64,000 bases of DNA from a virus. Below the pieces are notes generated by a model, which worked only from the letters and a program-made list of their open reading frames with translations, made no database searches and had not been told where the DNA came from. Numbering within the stretch: position 1 is the stretch's first letter; every line of letters begins with the position of its first letter. The position numbers and the translations under genes are program-made. This document shows, piece after piece, positions 1-10,371 of the stretch. The DNA lies in the IMG/VR virus record IMGVR_UViG_3300035670_010555, positions 1-64,000 of that record; one strand, written 5' to 3'.

Positions 1-421
1 TAGTTCCTGAAGTTCCGCTTGTACCTGAAGTACCGCTTGTACCTGATGTACCAGATGTTCCTGAAGTCCCTGAAGTACCACTTGTACCACTTGTTCCCGA
101 AGTACCACTAGTTCCTGAAGTTCCGCTAGTACCTGAAGTTCCGCTAGTACCCGATGTACCATTGGTACCACTAGTTCCTGACGTACCACTTGTTCCTGAA
201 GTTCCACTTGTTCCTGAAGTTCCACTTGTTCCTGATGTTCCGCTAGTACCTGATGTACCACTTGTACCATCGGTTCCACTTGTACCATCGGTTCCACTTG
301 TACCCGATGTTCCCGAAGTACCACTAGTGCCAGAGGTACCACTAGTTCCTGATGTCCCCGAAGTTCCGCTAGTACCTGATGTCCCATCCGTTCCTGAAGA
401 ACCAGATGACCCAGATGTACC
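1..421 (-). repeat. Second Gly-Thr-Ser repeat tract (~46 triplets, continues beyond the window)
   Basis: Same 9-bp unit and same reading frame as the 3940 ORF. Confidence 0.9.
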
Positions 422-3400
422 ATTTACAATACCCAACGTAGTTTGTGCGTAGGAGTAATGTATCGAACCTTCAGTCGCTAAGGTAACTGTTCCTGTGACA
501 CTTCCTGTATTTGTTGCACGTACCTTAACAAGTATTTGGTCCGAAACTGTGAAAGTGTATCCAGTTTGATATACATCAGAAATTTCCATCGTAAACGTTG
601 GTGAATCCGATAATATAGGTGTTGGATCTGACGAGAATAAAAATGTTTCCGTACCTCCCGTAGTTCTTTTATACACCTCACAGAATATATCGAAAGCAGT
701 ACCACTTGATTTATAACTATGTAAAAAGAATTGCCATATTCCCGCAGGAATTGATGTAACCCCCGGAAAACCTGTATCCGTCAAAAATGACTGAATTGTA
801 TCTGTTAAACCAGATGCAATCGATGGCGATATTATAGTTTGTTCACCAGTATCCGTTGGAGATATCGAAAACTCCTTATATGGGCCTGAAGTGATTGACT
901 CATTGAAGTAGTATATGGCCCCTCCCGAAACCCCATTTACACCTGATGTTCCACTAGTACCTGAAGTACCAGACGTTCCGCTAGTACCTGATGTTCCCGA
1001 TGTTCCTGAGGTACCACTAGTTCCTGAAGTACCCGAAGTACCCGAAGTACCTGAGGTTCCTGATGTACCACTAGTTCCTGAAGTTCCACTAGTTCCTGAT
1101 GTACCTGAAGTACCCGATGTACCACTAGTACCTGAGGTTCCTGAAGTACCTGACGTACCACTTGTCCCTGATGTACCTGAAGTACCCGATGTACCGCTAG
1201 TTCCCGATGTACCACTAGTTCCCGATGTACCTGACGTACCACTTGTACCTGATGTACCTGATGTACCCGATGTACCACTAGTACCCGAAGTACCTGAGGT
1301 TCCTGATGTACCGCTAGTTCCTGAGGTTCCTGATGTACCGTCCGTTCCACTCGTACCCGATGTACCACTAGTGCCTGAGGTTCCTGATGTACCGCTAGTT
1401 CCTGATGTACCGCTAGTTCCTGATGTACCACTAGTACCTGATGTACCATCCGTTCCTGAGGTTCCTGATGTTCCACTAGTTCCTGAGGTACCTGATGTTC
1501 CACTAGTTCCAGATGTTCCCGAAGTTCCGGAAGTACCAGACGTCCCACTAGTACCTGATGTACCTGATGTACCACTAGTTCCAGACGTTCCACTAGTTCC
1601 AGATGTTCCCGAAGTACCACTAGTACCCGACGTACCACTTGTCCCTGATGTACCTGAAGTACCGTCCGTTCCACTTGTCCCTGATGTACCGCTAGTACCT
1701 GATGTACCGCTAGTACCTGAGGTACCACTAGTACCTGATGTTCCACTAGTACCTGATGTTCCACTAGTTCCAGATGTTCCACTAGTACCTGATGTCCCTG
1801 ATGTACCACTAGTACCTGATGTACCACTAGTACCTGATGTACCACTAGTACCTGATGTTCCCGATGTTCCTGAGGTACCACTAGTACCTGAGGTTCCACT
1901 AGTACCTGATGTTCCACTAGTCCCTGAAGTACCGCTAGTACCTGATGTTCCACTTGTACCTGAGGTTCCACTCGTACCTGAGGTGCCAGAAGTCCCACTA
2001 GTGCCAGATGTCCCATCAGTTCCACTTGTACCAGATGTACCACTAGTACCAGATGTGCCGGAAGTACCACTTGTTCCACTAGTTCCACTAGTTCCACTTG
2101 TTCCTGATGTACCAGAAGTTCCGCTGGTACCACTAGTTCCAGATGTTCCACTAGTCCCTGAAGTTCCTGACGTACCAGAAGTTCCTGAGGTGCCCGAAGT
2201 TCCACTAGTTCCTGAGGTACCAGAAGTTCCACTAGTGCCACTTGTTCCTGATGTTCCGCTTGTTCCTGAAGTTCCGCTGGATCCTGAAGTTCCTGATGTT
2301 CCATTCACACCCGAAAGACCTGATGTTCCTGAAGTCCCACTTGTTCCTGAGGTACCACTTGTTCCTGATGTACCACTTGTTCCTGAGGTACCACTTGTTC
2401 CTGAGGTACCACTTGTTCCTGAGGTACCACTTGTTCCACTAGTACCACTTGTTCCTGATGTTCCATCAGTTCCACTAGTACCTGATGTACCTGAAGTACC
2501 AGATGTTCCTGATGTTCCTGATGTTCCTGAAGTACCACTAGTTCCAGATGTTCCTGAAGTACCACTAGTACCTGAAGTACCACTAGTACCTGAGGTACCA
2601 CTTGTCCCACTAGTGCCCGATGTTCCTGAAGTACCCGATGTACCCGATGTACCCGATGTACCACTAGTACCTGATGTACCACTAGTTCCAGATGTTCCTG
2701 AAGTACCACTAGTACCTGAAGTACCCGATGTTCCACTCGTACCTGATGTTCCCGATGTTCCTGAAGTACCCGATGTACCACTAGTACCTGATGTTCCTGA
2801 TGTGCCACTAGTTCCTGAAGTACCTGACGTACCACTAGTACCTGAGGTGCCACTAGTACCTGAGGTGCCACTAGTACCTGAGGTACCACTAGTTCCTGAT
2901 GTCCCTGACGTACCCGAAGTACCATCAGTTCCCGAAGTACCATCAGTTCCACTAGTACCATCAGTTCCACTAGTACCTGAAGTACCAGATGTCCCTGAAG
3001 TACCACTAGTTCCTGATGTACCACTTGTACCTGATGTTCCCGAAGTACCAGATGTACCAGATGTTCCTGATGTTCCTGATGTCCCATCGGTACCTGAAGT
3101 ACCTGATGTTCCCGAAGTACCACTTGTGCCACTGGTCCCTGAAGTTCCACTAGTTCCTGATGTTCCGTCTGTTCCTGATGTTCCGTCTGTTCCTGATGTT
3201 CCGTCTGTTCCTGATGTCCCATCGGTACCTGAAGTACCTGAGGTTCCACTTGTACCTGATGTACCAGATGTTCCTGATGTTCCCGAAGTACCTGATGTAC
3301 CACTTGTACCTGAAGTACCATTCGTTCCCGCCGAACCAGATGTACCCGCTTGCCCAATAATATTTAACGTAAATTGAGTATCGTTTGGTATTGAACCAAC

Positions 3401-3940
3401 TCCACCTGTTGCCACTTGTAAAACTTCATAATCTTCATAATTCGAAACCAAAGGGTCAACCGCTGTAATTCGTAATAATTTGAAAAAAGTTGAATCATCA
3501 ACTCTGACTATTTTAAGTGTTGTTCCAACTGTAAGGGTATTAAGTAAACTTTGAAAGTTTTGAGCAGGATTGAATGCTATGTCATTTATTGTAATCCCTG
3601 TGGTTGTTAAAGAAAAATCGTCCCCTGTGTTGAGTGAAAAATACCCTGTTCCAGGATCTGTCATACTAGTACTTCCAGTAAATCTCCAAACCGCAACATT
3701 ACCATCCAAACCCGATGTACCTGAAGACCCACTAGAACCCGAAGATCCGCTAGAACCTGATGTTCCAGCAGTTCCTGAAGTACCACTTGTACCACCTGAA
3801 ATGCTTGCAGTTAATGAAGAAAATGCAATTTGACCTGAGGTTCCAGAGGTTCCTCCTGTGAAGTCAGTGACAATATAAAATCTATCGTTGGATGACGCAG
3901 ATAATACTATGGGTAAATCAGTTATTCTAGTGTTCGACAT
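1..3940 (-). CDS. Giant Gly-Thr-Ser (Gly-X-Y) repeat fibre / collagen-like protein, 3'-partial (>1300 aa, runs off the left end)
   Basis: Not in the ORF track. ATG at 3940 (MSNTRITDLPIVLSASSNDRFYIV...) and the frame stays open to position 2. Layout: short GTS/GSS tract, a globular domain (VWRFTGSTSMTDPGTGYFSLN...), a long GTS tract at 923-3355, a ~165-aa globular domain (AIYYFNESITSGPYKEF...GIWQFFLHSY...), then a second GTS tract. TATTTATA box 4 nt upstream. Confidence 0.9.
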   Translation of the reverse strand, partial: MSNTRITDLPIVLSASSNDRFYIVTDFTGGTSGTSGQIAFSSLTASISGGTSGTSGTAGTSGSSGSSGSSGSSGTSGLDGNVAVWRFTGSTSMTDPGTGYFSLNTGDDFSLTTTGITINDIAFNPAQNFQSLLNTLTVGTTLKIVRVDDSTFFKLLRITAVDPLVSNYEDYEVLQVATGGVGSIPNDTQFTLNIIGQAGTSGSAGTNGTSGTSGTSGTSGTSGTSGTSGTSGTSGTSGTDGTSGTDGTSGTDGTSGTDGTSGTSGTSGTSGTSGTSGTSGTSGTDGTSGTSGTSGTSGTSGTSGTSGTSGTSGTSGTSGTSGTSGTDGTSGTDGTSGTDGTSGTSGTSGTSGTSGTSGTSGTSGTSGTSGTSGTSGTSGTSGTSGTSGTSGTSGTSGTSGTSGTSGTSGTSGTSGTSGTSGTSGTSGTSGTSGTSGTSGTSGTSGTSGTSGTSGTSGTSGTSGTSGTSGTSGTSGTSGTSGTSGTSGTSGTDGTSGTSGTSGTSGTSGTSGTSGTSGTSGTSGTSGTSGTSGTSGTSGTSGLSGVNGTSGTSGSSGTSGTSGTSGTSGTSGTSGTSGTSGTSGTSGTSGTSGTSGTSGTSGTSGTSGTSGTSGTSGTSGTSGTSGTSGTSGTSGTSGTSGTDGTSGTSGTSGTSGTSGTSGTSGTSGTSGTSGTSGTSGTSGTSGTSGTSGTSGTSGTSGTSGTSGTSGTSGTSGTSGTSGTSGTSGTSGTSGTSGTSGTSGTSGTSGTSGTSGTSGTDGTSGTSGTSGTSGTSGTSGTSGTSGTSGTSGTSGTSGTSGTSGTSGTSGTSGTSGTSGTSGTSGTSGTSGTDGTSGTSGTSGTSGTSGTSGTSGTSGTSGTSGTSGTDGTSGTSGTSGTSGTSGTSGTSGTSGTSGTSGTSGTSGTSGTSGTSGTSGTSGTSGTSGTSGTSGTSGTSGTSGTSGTSGTSGTSGTSGTSGTSGTSGTSGTSGTSGTSGTSGTSGTSGTSGTSGTSGTSGTSGVNGVSGGAIYYFNESITSGPYKEFSISPTDTGEQTIISPSIASGLTDTIQSFLTDTGFPGVTSIPAGIWQFFLHSYKSSGTAFDIFCEVYKRTTGGTETFLFSSDPTPILSDSPTFTMEISDVYQTGYTFTVSDQILVKVRATNTGSVTGTVTLATEGSIHYSYAQTTLGIVNGTSGSSGSSGTDGTSGTSGTSGTSGTSGTSGTSGTSGTSGTSGTDGTSGTDGTSGTSGTSGTSGTSGTSGTSGTSGTSGTSGTSGTNGTSGTSGTSGTSGTSGTSGTSGTSGTSGTSGTSGTSGTSGTSGTSGTSGTSGT
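923..3355 (-). repeat. 9-bp degenerate coding repeat, ~270 in-register Gly-X-Y triplets (mostly GTS; some GTD/GTN/GSS)
   Basis: Gly codons at 3353, 941, 932 and 923 are all congruent mod 9. The antisense translation shows Pro at every third residue throughout. Synonymous codons vary. Confidence 0.95.
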
Positions 3941-3944
3941 AACT

Positions 3945-3952
3945 TATAAATA
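3945..3952 (-). promoter_or_regulatory. Putative late-promoter box TATTTATA
   Basis: Sense orientation, 4 nt upstream of ATG 3940; recurrent motif. Confidence 0.55.
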
Positions 3953-3998
3953 TTTTTCTATTTATTTTTTTCTCTATATCATTTTTTTATTTTTCGTT

Positions 3999-4328
3999 CT
4001 ATAGAGGAACGTCACCTGATGATTGTAAAACCAAACTGTCACCACTTTGAGTTATTATAATAATTCCATTTTGAGTTATGATGAAATCACCAAACACGCA
4101 GGTCAATACCTTAAATACCTGACAATTGTTGGTATCTACCATTTTTAGTAAAATTTCAGGTGCAGTTTGGAATATTGAAGGAATAACTGTATTATATTCA
4201 ACTTGTGGAGGGACTGCCCCACTGATTGTGCCAAGAAACGTTTCATAGTTTCCATATATGTCAGATATGTAGACATTAATTGGTGGAGTTCCTCCTGTTA
4301 CCGATGTTACAACTACCTGATTACTCAT
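3999..4328 (-). CDS. Small virion/fibre-associated protein
   Basis: Start revised to ATG 4328 (ATGA overlap with the upstream stop). N-terminus resembles one SprB-like unit (VTGGTPP); C-terminus has FIITQNGIIIITQSGDSLVLQ. Confidence 0.7.
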   Translation of the reverse strand: MSNQVVVTSVTGGTPPINVYISDIYGNYETFLGTISGAVPPQVEYNTVIPSIFQTAPEILLKMVDTNNCQVFKVLTCVFGDFIITQNGIIIITQSGDSLVLQSSGDVPL

Positions 4329-6460
4329 GATAAACAAATTATATTATAGTCTATAACTAGATCGATTACTATTTCTTCTCCTTCTAAAGAAGTATTATTT
4401 CTACTTGTTTCGATAGTTATTTGATTATTTAATTGGTCGATACTAACATTCCCTACACCAGGTATTCCCAACAACAAATTACGAATTGTATTATACCATT
4501 GGTTATCAGTTGGAACTTGAACCAAAGAAGTTGATGTAAAGAAATTTTGAGTTACAATTATCCCTGATGGATTTACTGAAACTTTTGCAGTGAATGTTGC
4601 GCTTATTAAATCACAACTTGTATTTCCTGATGTTAAATCAAAGAATCCTTCATTCAACATTTGTAATAATCCAAATTTGGTCGGAGACTGGATGTTAAAT
4701 ACTTCAGCCCCCATAACATAAGTCTGATAAGATGTCGAGTTTGTATTACAGGTTATCGTAGTGTTTTTCGTTAATGAGCAACCATTTGCGTCTACCACGG
4801 TCAAAGAATAGGTACCCGCAGTCAATCCACTAACTTGAATTTGTTGTGGTTCATTTGGTACATTGTCGGACCAATTGAAACTAAATGGTGGTTCTCCAGA
4901 AGTAATGAATGCCGTAATTTTTCCACTTGACCCACTACCACAGGAAGTACTATATAAAGAATAATTTAAGGATTGACTACTTGGAACTAATATGTTTGTT
5001 GTTTGAACACATCCATCCGCATCAGTCACCGTAATAACATGAGTACCTGATGATAAATTATTGAAAGTTACTGCAGTCAAATTTGTGTCAATCACATTTT
5101 GTACTCCATCAACAGAATAATCTAATGGTAATGTTGCCCCTGTTGTAGTAAAAATCGTCACAGACCCATTATTTTGGTTACAACTTGTTCCAACGACTTG
5201 TGTTGATATTGTAAATTTGTTTTGGGCGACTAAAGTAACTTCTTCCAAGAAAGAACAACCAGTATTGTCTGAGACACCTACAGTATAAGTTCCTCCACTC
5301 AAGTTATTAAATATTTGAGTTGTTTGAGAATTACTAATATTCAATTGATTACCAGTCGGATAAATTAAAGTATAGGTATAAGGTGAATTGCCCCCAACAA
5401 CAGTTACAGTAATTGAACCATTCGTACTTGAACAGGTTGAATTTTGCCCTTGAGCAGTAACACTTGTAATTCCACCAGGAGTTTCAAGTGTAGTTCCTGC
5501 AAACATTTGGCAAAGGCCCGCGTCCGTTACCTGAAAATTGTATTGCCCTGCAGACAATCCTGAAAGTGTGAATGTTCTTGAATATGAAACTAAAACATCA
5601 CCTGTAGATGCCGAATAGTAAAAAGGTGCAGTTCCACCTGTGATGGTCATGTTAATGACTCCATTTGATTGGAGACACGTTGGAGCGGTTGATGTAAATA
5701 TCCCAAGCCCAACTGAATTAACATCAGTTATTGTTGCCGACTTCGATAAAACACAACCAAAAGCATCAGTAACTTCAACAGAATATACGCCTGAAGTTAA
5801 TCCTGTAATTGTGCTACCTGTCTGCGCATTGCTCCACAAATAACTATATGGTGCTTGTCCCGTTTGACCCGTTACAAAAATTTTACCTATAGGGGTTCCT
5901 CCACAACTTGAGTTAGGTACTGTATATAATCCAAAATCCAAAGGAGTTGATTCTTCAATAATAAAAGTTTGGGTGAATGCAGTACAACCACCCAAATCAG
6001 TAACACCTAAATAGTAAGTTCCAGCACTTAATTGTCCAAAGACAACAGCATCTGTATTTGTGGTGGCTGAAGAGATATAATTATTATTTATATCATATAG
6101 TGAAAAATTTGTAGAAGAATATAATGATGTTGAAGACCCTGTCACCGAACCATTATTACTACCACAAGTTGTATTCTGAACCGCAACTATAGAACCACAA
6201 ACTCCACTTGAGATGGGTATGTTTAATAGAAATTCATTGTTGGTCGGTAAACTACTATCATTAACCCTTAATTGATATACATTACTTGCCAATCCTACCA
6301 ATGATGCTGGTTGTGTTGTAATTGTTTGTGATGCGTAAGATGGATTCAGAAATTGTACGGTATATGGAGGTGTTCCAGCACTGACGAAAAGATTGAATGC
6401 CCCTGAATTATTATTGGAGCAATCACCAGTTACCGTTATATTATAATTTAATACCGCCAT
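4325..6460 (-). CDS. SprB-repeat beta-rich adhesin-like virion protein
   Basis: About 7 units of type C-x3-G-x-I-x4-GG-x-(A/P)PY-x-Y...GLxAGxY-x-V-x-VTD-x2-GC, as in Bacteroidota SprB repeats. Confidence 0.75.
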   Translation of the reverse strand: MAVLNYNITVTGDCSNNNSGAFNLFVSAGTPPYTVQFLNPSYASQTITTQPASLVGLASNVYQLRVNDSSLPTNNEFLLNIPISSGVCGSIVAVQNTTCGSNNGSVTGSSTSLYSSTNFSLYDINNNYISSATTNTDAVVFGQLSAGTYYLGVTDLGGCTAFTQTFIIEESTPLDFGLYTVPNSSCGGTPIGKIFVTGQTGQAPYSYLWSNAQTGSTITGLTSGVYSVEVTDAFGCVLSKSATITDVNSVGLGIFTSTAPTCLQSNGVINMTITGGTAPFYYSASTGDVLVSYSRTFTLSGLSAGQYNFQVTDAGLCQMFAGTTLETPGGITSVTAQGQNSTCSSTNGSITVTVVGGNSPYTYTLIYPTGNQLNISNSQTTQIFNNLSGGTYTVGVSDNTGCSFLEEVTLVAQNKFTISTQVVGTSCNQNNGSVTIFTTTGATLPLDYSVDGVQNVIDTNLTAVTFNNLSSGTHVITVTDADGCVQTTNILVPSSQSLNYSLYSTSCGSGSSGKITAFITSGEPPFSFNWSDNVPNEPQQIQVSGLTAGTYSLTVVDANGCSLTKNTTITCNTNSTSYQTYVMGAEVFNIQSPTKFGLLQMLNEGFFDLTSGNTSCDLISATFTAKVSVNPSGIIVTQNFFTSTSLVQVPTDNQWYNTIRNLLLGIPGVGNVSIDQLNNQITIETSRNNTSLEGEEIVIDLVIDYNIICLS

Positions 6461-9447
6461 TAGTTATTAGTACAGTTTATACTTATATTTATCCCCGAAT
6501 TCAAGGAAAGTGTCTCATTAATATTTCTTTCAGTACAAGTAAGACTTGTTATTGTTAATAAATTACCATTCAAGAAATATGTAAATCCATAATCATATAG
6601 TTGTGGAAGATACTGTATTAAAGCGTTTCTCCACATTGTATTAGTTGGAACATCCGTCAAACCATATCCAACATAAAATAATTCTTGAATTATAATATCT
6701 CCTCCAATTCTTAAATCAACATACCAACTACTTTCAACTGAATTCTGAATACAATCATTTAATGTTAATCCACTCTGTACCAACATATTATTAACTCTAT
6801 TTGACAAAATACTACTAAAATTACTCACATCTACATCTCCATTCAACCAAGGAAATATGTTAAAGTCTGTATATTCAGTTGTACATGTATAATCAAAAAT
6901 GTTTGAAATTATAAAACAAGGTTCGACAGGTACAGGAATAAACTGACATCCTCTTTGTCTTCGATAAACAAACTTCTGTCTTTGGAATATTGAGTTTTCC
7001 ATTCTTACCCCCGTATTCCATATTGTTGTTGCGGGAATCATTTGTTCCACCAACTTCATCCAAAAAGGACCAATACCATTTACATAATCAATTAATTTCT
7101 GATAGGTATATTTGTTATTTGGTAATCCAACGGTGCTTTCTGATTCGATATATTTCCAAAAAATTGATTGTAGTGTTGGATAACCTCCTGTCTTTCCGTC
7201 AGTGATGTACTGACGGTTTCTAACATTAATCATGTTCTCCCAAAAAGTTTGAGAGAATTCAAAAAATGTTTTCTTTTTTGGCTGTGGATTTATGAATGTA
7301 GAATCCACACCACCAGGGACTGGATATCCAACTGTCAATCCTGATTCAGGTATGGGATAATCGTATCTTCTTGATTGGTCCCAAACATCATAAACTAAAC
7401 CTTGCGCAGGATTTAAGAAAAGGTCAACGTTTTTAACATTTAATACTAACTTTTCATTGTCTACGAAATAATAGGCATTATAATCAGCGCTTGTTGAAAC
7501 TCTTATTCTGTCATCTTCTTCTAACCAAGACTTATTATTATCAACTACTTTTTTTAGTTTGAATCCTTCAGTCATGAATGGGAAATTCCTAAATCTATTC
7601 AAGTAAGTTTGACCGTAAGTAAACGGAGCCAACTGTGTTTGAATATTAAAATTTTGCCCTGTAAATACCTGTCCTGTTACAGTAACTTCGTCAGGACTTC
7701 TGTGTGATGGTGTTGATTCATACCATCCAGACCCTATTTGAAAGAAATAACTTTCAGTGTTAGCAGGTGCTTTCGGAAACCCTGCTAAATCAACAGGATA
7801 GTCGTCCAATCTTGTATTCACATCTTGATATGTGTTAGTGGATGTAAATGCGCTGAAAGTTTGACCCTTAATTTTATAAGTTGAACCAGGTATAAAACCT
7901 GGAGTACTTTGAACATATGTACCTCCTGAAATTGCCGCCCATTGAACCCCAAATTGGTCCATGTTTATTTTTTGGTCAGCTAAATAGATGTGTTCATTGA
8001 ATTCTATTAACGAATCGGGAGCACCAATTAACCTCAACATAAATTCAACAGACCTTCTTGTTCCTTTTGATTTGAATAAATAAGACGCATTTAGAATTAA
8101 ATTACGATAAAATGCATAGTTTAATTCTGTTGGTGTTAACGCTCTAGCATATCCGGGATATGTTGGAGTTGATGTATTACCAAACACCGAGCTTAGAAAA
8201 TCTTCATTTGTAATAGGAGAGAAGTTTGAACTCCACCCAAGTGTTTGAGCCAAGTTAACCAAAAGTTGTGATGGAATATCGTTTGAAGGATTATAACTAA
8301 CTGAATTCATGTACGCCAACGCGTCTATAAATTGTTTGATTTGGTCAAAACTTCTACCATATATTTGAAATATTTTTTCTACTTTTTGCCCTAACGTATC
8401 AAATTCTTTCAACGAATCTGTAACTAAAAATCTTGAAATTAAATTAGTTTTGAATGAATCTAAATTAACCGCTATCTCTTCTAGCTGCCCCAAATAATTT
8501 TCGAATAAAAAAGACCTAATATCTAAATTCCAAGAGCCTTCCTTAGGCCATGTTACTTGTTGAAAGTCTGTAAAAAATTGACCTGACTCATTCTGTTGTG
8601 GTACTTGGAAAACTGCGGTATATTCAGGTCTTATAAGTCGATTTAACAAGAATTTTTGTACCTCATCGAAATCCTCCGCAAAAATTCTATCAACAACAAA
8701 ATCATTAGGTCTTATTTGGAAACCCTCATTAGATGTTGTTGCAGTTATGCCGAATGGAGCTCCTGAAACAATAAATTCAATGAATCCTGTAGATAATGTT
8801 TCTGATGGTGTAAATGCAACGACATTAAAAATGTTATCATTAATTGAAATACAATAATCCAAATACGTGTTATATAAATTTCTATACTTAGAAACCGTAA
8901 TTTCTCTTATAGATAAGTTCGTTGTTGCACTTAAAGAATAATCAATGTCAAATGGGTTGTTAATTCTACTAACATCGATTCTAAATGATGTTTCATTTAA
9001 TGTAGAGTCATATTCAATATTGGTTGCAGTTGCACCAGTGACAAAATCATTATTATTAAATACAATATCCAAAGATGCTGGAAATCTATGTATAATTTCA
9101 GTAATAGAAACTTGGAACCTTTTACTCAAGGAACCATACATCGAAAAATTTAGAACCTGTGATACATCATAGTTCGGATATACTCTGAACTGTGTGGCCA
9201 TTATAGCTCTACTCTCGGTTAAGTCATTAATATTTAACCCTTCCAAACTTATTGGTTCGGAGAACGCTCCTACGTTGAACGTTCTAGTAGTTCTTTCCGT
9301 AACCGAAGTTGTGAACTCAAAGTTACCTTGCGTAAGTCCTCCCCCTTCTACCGTTTGTAATCCTACAATATTGTCAGAGAAGGTTGCAGCCCCACTACCT
9401 GGTCGTGGTGGGTAAAAAAATTTGGTAGTCCTTTGAGTCGTAGCCAT
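6460..9447 (-). CDS. Baseplate wedge protein (P2 gpI / T4 gp7-like)
   Basis: LAQTLGW...YRNLILNASYLFKSKGTRRSVEFMLRLIG motif; near gp6- and gp25-like genes. Confidence 0.65.
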   Translation of the reverse strand: MATTQRTTKFFYPPRPGSGAATFSDNIVGLQTVEGGGLTQGNFEFTTSVTERTTRTFNVGAFSEPISLEGLNINDLTESRAIMATQFRVYPNYDVSQVLNFSMYGSLSKRFQVSITEIIHRFPASLDIVFNNNDFVTGATATNIEYDSTLNETSFRIDVSRINNPFDIDYSLSATTNLSIREITVSKYRNLYNTYLDYCISINDNIFNVVAFTPSETLSTGFIEFIVSGAPFGITATTSNEGFQIRPNDFVVDRIFAEDFDEVQKFLLNRLIRPEYTAVFQVPQQNESGQFFTDFQQVTWPKEGSWNLDIRSFLFENYLGQLEEIAVNLDSFKTNLISRFLVTDSLKEFDTLGQKVEKIFQIYGRSFDQIKQFIDALAYMNSVSYNPSNDIPSQLLVNLAQTLGWSSNFSPITNEDFLSSVFGNTSTPTYPGYARALTPTELNYAFYRNLILNASYLFKSKGTRRSVEFMLRLIGAPDSLIEFNEHIYLADQKINMDQFGVQWAAISGGTYVQSTPGFIPGSTYKIKGQTFSAFTSTNTYQDVNTRLDDYPVDLAGFPKAPANTESYFFQIGSGWYESTPSHRSPDEVTVTGQVFTGQNFNIQTQLAPFTYGQTYLNRFRNFPFMTEGFKLKKVVDNNKSWLEEDDRIRVSTSADYNAYYFVDNEKLVLNVKNVDLFLNPAQGLVYDVWDQSRRYDYPIPESGLTVGYPVPGGVDSTFINPQPKKKTFFEFSQTFWENMINVRNRQYITDGKTGGYPTLQSIFWKYIESESTVGLPNNKYTYQKLIDYVNGIGPFWMKLVEQMIPATTIWNTGVRMENSIFQRQKFVYRRQRGCQFIPVPVEPCFIISNIFDYTCTTEYTDFNIFPWLNGDVDVSNFSSILSNRVNNMLVQSGLTLNDCIQNSVESSWYVDLRIGGDIIIQELFYVGYGLTDVPTNTMWRNALIQYLPQLYDYGFTYFLNGNLLTITSLTCTERNINETLSLNSGINISINCTNN

Positions 9448-10355
9448 TAACTAGTTATATTTGTAAAGTTTTTACTGAAATCGATATTATTACCTCTACT
9501 TTGTCTAACCTCATAAAGAAGAGCATTAAATTGGTCTCTAATTTCATATAGGTTGTATTGTCTATATATGTTATCATTAGAGTCGTAGATAGTGTAGATA
9601 CCATCATCAATAGACTTGGTTTGATTACCATATAGTGCAATAGCAAGAGAAGAAATATCGTACTCAACCATTTCAATCTCAATAGACACCGGATTGAAAA
9701 AAGTGTTTGTAATAATAATATCTTGGTCAGGCTGTCCGATGTACGGAGTTGCATTTGGTTTGTTGGTTGGTGATGAAGACGGTGATAATGTTAAGAATAT
9801 CAAATTTGAATCCCCTTCAACATATCTATATCTTATAGACTTTTGAGTTGTATTAACTTCATTTGTAGGTACAGTTTCACAAAAGAAACTTGAAGTTACA
9901 ACTCTAAAGAAATTAGGAATTTTTGACCCGTCGGGATTAAGGTATTCAACTCTGAATCCAACCAACCCTTGTGGAACAAATTTATTTTGATATTGTGTTG
10001 GTACATCATTAATATCAATGATGATACCTTTAACGTTTGGTAAAGCACTTAAAACACCACAATCAGTAATTACCGTTCTAATCTCTGCAGGTCTGATATA
10101 TAAAGTGTAAATCCCCAACGCATTGAACTGATTTGCGGGTAATGTCAAATTATAAAGACCTCCCAAAACTTCAACACCAGCATTCCCTCCCGTTTCAGAG
10201 TTTGCGAAGTAAGGTCTTAATATTGTTTGTGCATCCAACTTTGTTAGGACAAACTGGTCTGTCACATCCCTTGTAGGTGTGTAATTCATAATGATATCAA
10301 CATCCGCTGGTGAAACATCTGAAGGTCTTATTGTACCGTATGAGCCGATTGCCAT
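9447..10355 (-). CDS. Hypothetical virion structural protein
   Basis: 302-aa ORF, coupled to the next gene, preceded by a TATTTATA box. Confidence 0.7.
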   Translation of the reverse strand: MAIGSYGTIRPSDVSPADVDIIMNYTPTRDVTDQFVLTKLDAQTILRPYFANSETGGNAGVEVLGGLYNLTLPANQFNALGIYTLYIRPAEIRTVITDCGVLSALPNVKGIIIDINDVPTQYQNKFVPQGLVGFRVEYLNPDGSKIPNFFRVVTSSFFCETVPTNEVNTTQKSIRYRYVEGDSNLIFLTLSPSSSPTNKPNATPYIGQPDQDIIITNTFFNPVSIEIEMVEYDISSLAIALYGNQTKSIDDGIYTIYDSNDNIYRQYNLYEIRDQFNALLYEVRQSRGNNIDFSKNFTNITS

Positions 10356-10371
10356 ATTCTCTTATTTAATT

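Noticed and set aside
1-3355. CRISPR array or non-coding satellite
   Set aside because: No repeat-spacer structure; variation is concentrated at synonymous positions
937-3357. Minus-strand V/L/Q/E/H-rich ORFs (937..2304, 2305..3357)
   Set aside because: Out-of-frame readings of the same 9-bp repeat, confined to the repeat
162-3377. + strand Pro-Val repeat ORFs (162..452, 915..3377)
   Set aside because: Antisense shadows of the Gly-Thr-Ser codons. The minus frame has the start, the promoter box and the globular domains.
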